64,000 bases of DNA from Eimeria praecox (lineage: Eukaryota): contig OY986949.1 of NCBI GenBank assembly GCA_963920595.1, positions 1,550,001 through 1,614,000 of the forward strand, written 5' to 3'. Every line of letters starts with the position of its first letter. Positions within the stretch are counted from its first letter, which is position 1. This document shows, piece by piece, positions 58,400 to 64,000 of this stretch. Below the pieces are notes generated by a model. It ran no database searches. It was not told where the DNA came from and saw only the letters and a program-made list of their open reading frames with translations. Position numbers and translations under genes: made by a program.

Positions 58400-59900
58400 A
58401 CAAGGCGCGGGAGTCGGTAAACCTATGGGGGGAAATTGCGCTCTTTATGCAAAAATGGGTAATATTATAAAGGCACGAGACTTCTATTTTGAACGGGCTC
58501 ACCATGCCACAATCCTAAGGATATTGCCGGTGACTCATTGAAGGGCGCACGCGCCGCCTCCAGACGATACGGTTGAGATATATGGAGTAAAATATAACAA
58601 ATATAGGAAAGATTCGGACGTGACCACTATCAGGGTATTCTTAGACGAACGCGCAGAAGCTCCTTAGTCTCGAATGTATTGCTGCAAGTTCATTCCTGGA
58701 TTCACTCACATTTGTGCCCCTCTCATGGGCCTCTATAAGGAAGACAAACAGGCATTTGAACGGGGGGAGGAGATGGAGATGGAACCCCCAGAAGACTTAT
58801 CAGACAAGGGCACCGTCTCCAGTAGTTGCGTTACCCAATTTCAGAAAGTGTTAAGACGCGGGTGAGCATCCTCACGCACGGAATTCTGCAGACTTCTTTG
58901 ATCCCAAGACAGATCTGGACGGACACTTCGGTGGAACTTTTAGTGTGCTTACCGGCAGTTAGAGGCTGCTGTGACACCTATTCGCCAAGCACGCCTACCT
59001 CATCCCCCTGTTCGAGTTCACCTGCAGTAGGAAAGGTGGCTCAGTCAGCTAGTAATCACTCCTAGAAGTTACATGAACATCTGAAAAGCATCACTGCTGA
59101 CAGATGCCCGAAGTTCATAAGCATTGTCACGCGTGAATGCATGAAGCGGCTTAATACGGACCATAACATGACCACTGCGAATCATCCGGAGGCAGGCCAA
59201 ACTGAATCCACCAAACTGACGCTTGTGCAAGATTTACTACCGTTTGCCGGGCATATTTCATCAAAGTGGCTTAATTTCTTTCCCTGTTGCAGAATGGGTT
59301 TGCAACACAACATTGCACTCGCCGATTCGTTGCCCTTCGACACCCCTCGTTTACACGGATATGCTGTTGCCTGGCTGGACACCAGAGCTGCTTATCGAAA
59401 GCCAGCCAATTATGCGCGCAGTCGCTGACTTCTATACACTTATTGCACTAGCACGGGAATGCGTGAATATGGCACAAGGACTCCAGGAAAGAAACTACGG
59501 TAAACATCACTCAGCAACAGCTTTCAACCGCGCGACTGTTTCAGCTGAATTCGCACACTGTTCGAGGCTCATAGGAGAATGCTCAGATGAAGAACGCAGC
59601 CAGACGTTGGGTAGGGCCATTCCATGTTCGTTCTTGCGTCAACAAGTTGGCCTACATAGTGGGCTTACCCTCAGGGCCGGGATGCCGCCATACTTTTAAG
59701 GCTGGCTTCATCAAACCGTTCACGCAATCACCGAACTTCCTTTGAACTCTCAGCACAAACGTGCAGCAATATCAAAGAGGGAGGGAACAAGCGTGCGACA
59801 CATAGACCCTGGGCACACTTGTGCCCACACGCAGGGGCCAGAACAATCGTAAGCGTTATGATAAATAACCCCGGGACCAACAACCAAACTAGATTTCCGA
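58400..59900 (+). mobile_element. Decayed Ty3/gypsy LTR-retrotransposon pol remnant (RT/RNase H junction and integrase)
   Basis: YCCKFIPGFTHICAPL resembles YYRKFIPNFA.IAAPL; SITADRCPKF resembles SIVSDRDPRF; MTTANHPEAGQTE resembles STA.HPQTDGQTE; AEWVCNTTLHS resembles AEFAYNN..HS; ARECVNMAQ..Q. These are split over frames by stops and frameshifts. Confidence 0.75.
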
Positions 59901-62052
59901 AGCATGCTTAGCTGGAGCAGTTCAACAAAGCAGCCAAAGCGTCCTTCTCCAGCCAGCGCCAGTGAACACAAAAGCGAGTAGGTGCACCAGCGCCTAAATC
60001 TTCTTTCTCGCTCCGGTGGCCGTGCACAAGTTGTCGCTGGTTACAGCACAAGCACAGCCTTACATACGTATCTACGCGCTATGCTATCCTGCTTTTTACA
60101 TCTATGTGCTCTAGATTTCATACCTTACTTACGGTTACCAGGAGCACCACTACCGGCAGCGCATCTAATTCTTTATATTTTAGAGCCGGGGCCCGCTCCC
60201 TTTGAGCCCCCTGTTCTTGCTCGTTTGGGTGCTGCGCTTCAGCATCCACATCCAACGAATTTTTACATTTGTTAAGATATTCGCACAACAAACGGCTCCT
60301 AGCAAGTGCAAGTGGCATGCAATGCAGTCACTGAATAGTGTCGACGCCGCTGGCAATGCGGAGGTGGCGAGCAGCGGGTCAGAACCAGTGGCATCCGCGG
60401 CATCTCCCTGGATTCTCTTCGTTCTCTCCCCTTGTTGTTTCTTTTTCTTTCTCATGGACAATCAGACACATGAGGGCGTGTACCGCTTGGGTGGAGGGGG
60501 AGGCCGAGATGCAGCCTGCGCTGCGCGACACTAGCGGCTCTCGTACCATCCACCACTTGTTCGAAGGTTCACTAGGGACGACTATAAGCGTTTAAGGACA
60601 CTCCACACTACAGTCTACAATGATAAGGCATGCAGAAAAGGGGTACCGGCTGTTTCCGCATGTGGAGCTGTCTTGCAGCACTAGCTGCAGCAAGGTGCGT
60701 TGCAGCCCGTGACAGGCGTATCTGGGGAGTGTCCCCATCAGCCCCAGGTCCTTCGGCCAGTCTGTGCGCAAGAGACCTGGAGGATAGAAGGAAGGTCAGC
60801 TGCATTTGGCGAATTTTTTCTCTAAGCATTTGACTGTACTGCAGCTCGTGGCGGCTCCCGGCTTAGACCGAGCAATCCCGTTACACAATCCTTTTGCTGC
60901 ACGCACTAACCTAGTAGACTGTAGTGCAGGCATTCGCTGAACACTTAATTGGCCCTCTACAATTAGCCTGTGCACAATGAGAGAAACGAGTACCAGCACC
61001 AAGCAGGCCATTCTACCGTAGCGAGTCTGCGCTAAAGTAGAGGTGCATGTACTCATGTGAGGCCGACCATGCTAAAACACCCAACAAACAGAGAGTGCAC
61101 ACTTAGGAGAACTTCTCCTGTTCATTTAATCCTACAGAGGAAGAACATCTTCCGAAGACGGCGTTCCTGTATGGAGGGCAGCCGCAAATTTTCATGCACT
61201 GCAGAGTGGAAGTCCAAGTTTGCCGGGAGCGGGGACTTACCCAGCCCCAGCCAGCCGCAAAGTTTTCGATTTACTGTATTATATTGCCTCCTGTAATAAA
61301 ACATAACCGGACTTTGCTTGTCTGTAATGCTCAAGTGAATTCAGAGCGGCACTAAAGCAGCGATGGAGGACCAGGGGGCACAAAACATATTCCTCGGATC
61401 TTGTCCTGCGGTTGGCTGTCACGCTATTGAACCGATTAGGCTAAGGCCTTCCTACTTAAAAACCGTAAAATAGCTTTAAATGAATGCGTATTATTATAAT
61501 ATTCCATAAATTCGTGCTAGCACGAGCACAGCCAATGCAGGGCTGGGCGCCGCTTCGCTTGCGAATGAATGGAAGAGACCCTGTAGAAGGCAGGGGCTGG
61601 AGTCTTTGCCACCACTAGAGGTGTTCCGCAGCAATAAATTACCAAGTGCAACTTAAAATTATATTTTTAAGCTTTACTTATAAGAAGTTTCGCCTTGTCA
61701 CCGTGCCCGGACACTGGCGAGGGGTAGCCTCCTCTGCCGAGACCCAGCCTCTCCGTGTAACACCACTGCTGCCAGCGCGTCGTATACCGCAGCCTCAGTT
61801 CATTGTTCCTCTTCCTTCTTTTGTCCCTTTTAATTAGAAGGTGCAAGCTGGCAGGAAAAACTTGGCTATATTGGCTCTTGGTTTGCCGCAGAAGAGGCGC
61901 AGGTCGTGCAGATGCAAATACAGCCCACCGCCTCCTGACGCGAACTGAGTGACTTGTTGGGTTGTAGCTTTTTTGGTGTAGTACAAACCTATATGTATAT
62001 TGAGTAACATATTAACTCTAGAGTTTGCGGATATCTCCCTCCCACGCACAGA

Positions 62053-64000
62053 ATGGCGGCTCTTGGCCGTGCATGGCCCTTCTTAGCGGCCCTCGTCGCG
62101 TTCCTGTTCTTTACGGACCCATCCCCACAACATTTCGGCTGTCTACAGACTGAAGCAAGCATGGCAGAACGCCGTGTGGTGAGCGCTAAGCTGCTTAGGT
62201 TGTGCCCTAATCTCTGCTATGAGCCCGGGTTCCTGTATCCCTCAGTTCTCTAGACACGTCAGTGTCTTTAGGTGCGTGCATACATTGCACTGGGGTTAGC
62301 TGTGTATGCATTGAATGTTGAGTTTAATGCGTTATGTGGGTTTATGGGTGCAGGGCAAACCGCGCGCCAGGGGCCTGAGGAAGGTTTCCACTTTCCCCAG
62401 AACGAAGACGACGCAGGCACCTCGTCGCAGCCCCGGCCTTCAGGCCCCACGGCCATCACCACCTATGCCGCAGCATCCTCCAGTACAGCAGCGTTCCGTT
62501 CTTCGCATTAGCACCTCGGAGACCCCTTCATCAACACTGACTTCCCACAGCCCACCTTCGCAGGCCCCTTTAGGTACAAGGACTCAGCATCCGCCAGCCC
62601 CGCTGACGCATGCTCAGGGCCCCACTCAAACTGCTCCCAACCAGGCAGCTGCATCGTCTTCGGCTCCTTGGTCACTCACGCAGCCAGCTGCAGCATCAGG
62701 GACCCCCCAGCAGGCTGGTACTGCGGCGAATCTAAGGGGCTTTCAGCAACCTGCCACAGAAACCCCAGCAACCGGAGTAGGGGCTCTTCAGAAGCCTGGT
62801 GCTCCGATGACAGCAGCATCAGGGGCCTCTCCTCAGTCTGCTGCGCAGCCCACAGCTGCCGCAGCTGGATCCGCTCTTCCAGCTGCCCCTTCGAAGACAG
62901 TTGAAGCATCGGGCTTTCAACAACCTGCTGCTATGGGCCGTGAGGGTGTGATGCCCCCCAAAACTGCTGCAGCCTCACCGCAGACCGCTGCTGTCCCACA
63001 GCCTCCTGCTGGAGCATTCGCTGATTCCACTCCAGCGAAGCCTCTCCAGACCCCAGGTAGTGGCTTCTCTCAGCAGCCGCCTTCTGCTTACCCCTACCAA
63101 ATGACTGGTCAGCAGCATACAGGCTACGCGTATGGATCACCGCAAGCATACCCGCCTGTTGCTGGTCAAGGGGTCCCTGCAGCTCCGGGTGTATATCCAG
63201 GGCATTCATACGCGGCGGGATACCAGGCCCCCCAGGCAGCACCTGCTGCAGCCCCAGCCTCAGCAGTAGCTCCGGCCAGCGGGGGCCCATCCCTTACGCG
63301 TACTGTTCTCACATCAGCTGTAGGATCTGCTGTGGGAAGTATGGTCGGCACAGCCGTTGCAAGCTCCATCATGCATAATTCTTCGGGCTCAAAGGAAGCG
63401 GGCTCCTCAGCAGCTGCAGCCCCCGCTGCAGCTACCCCAGCGGCCGGCGAAGACAGCAGCAGCAAAAGCACCGATGCCAGCAAGACTGCCGGCTCCAGCG
63501 ACACCAACAACAGCAGCAACGGTGACATCACCACCATCAACAGCAACGGCAACTACACCATCACCGCCGATAACAACGGCAATATCCCCACCAGCAGCAG
63601 CACTACCAGCAGCGGCAGCAACGACGAAACCCTTACAGCAAGTAATCCCGTCACGGGACAAGAGATGTCACCAGCGTTGCAGAAGGGAGTCAGCCTTCCG
63701 CTCTTCTTTTTAGGAGTGAGCGAAAACGAATTAGAAAGCAGTGTTAAGGGGCCGCATGCTTTCGGCCAGCAAGTGCAGGACGCCGTGGTTCAGGCACTGG
63801 GGGTTCCTGCCACTCGTATCACTCTGGAGGAGGTGTCTGTGAAGAAAGTGAATAGCACCAGCACAACCAGCAGCGACAAAGAGACTGCTAACGTCACCGT
63901 CCGTCTCGCTGTCCACCCCGATGGGAAGATGGCCTCGTCAGAGCCTACAGCTGGCGACTTAGCCGCAGAAGTGAGGCGACAGTTGGAGCAGCCGACCAGC
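62053..64000 (+). CDS. Secreted Pro/Ala/Gln/Ser-rich protein, 5' part (exon 62053-62178, exon 62354 to beyond window end)
   Basis: Signal peptide MAALGRAWPFLAALVAFLFF and a phase-0 GT-AG intron. By my translation the frame from 62354 stays open to 64000, which is why it is missing from the ORF track. Confidence 0.75.

Overview
Nuclear DNA of a coccidian apicomplexan, almost certainly Eimeria. The evidence is CAG-triplet repeats, interstitial AAACCCT arrays, TGCATGCA octamers, GT-AG introns, a class XIV myosin and an Eimeria-like 18S/ITS1 fragment. The first ~29 kb is rich in simple repeats; the rest is repeat-poor. Genes reconstructed by hand, in order: 3' part of PEX6; a small basic, probably mitochondrial ORF; a 9-exon myosin C whose tail appears to be two tandem dynein-light-chain (LC8)-like domains; a REX1-type DEDDh exoribonuclease; a COG3044/MRB1590-like ABC-class ATPase with a Gly/Arg-rich N-terminus; a 7-exon small secreted protein mostly hidden from the ORF track; an ExoIII/APE endonuclease; RPA12; a kelch protein; a carbonyl-reductase-like SDR lacking the catalytic Lys; a large hypothetical gene; and the 5' part of a secreted Pro/Ala/Ser-rich protein. 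Non-coding items: an orphan tRNA-like B-box element, several hairpins, a dispersed GGTGTAYRTACACC palindrome family concentrated in the repeat-rich segment, a 17-bp minisatellite, an 18S-ITS1 rDNA pseudogene and a decayed Ty3/gypsy pol. All family assignments come from motif recognition only; no searches were run.
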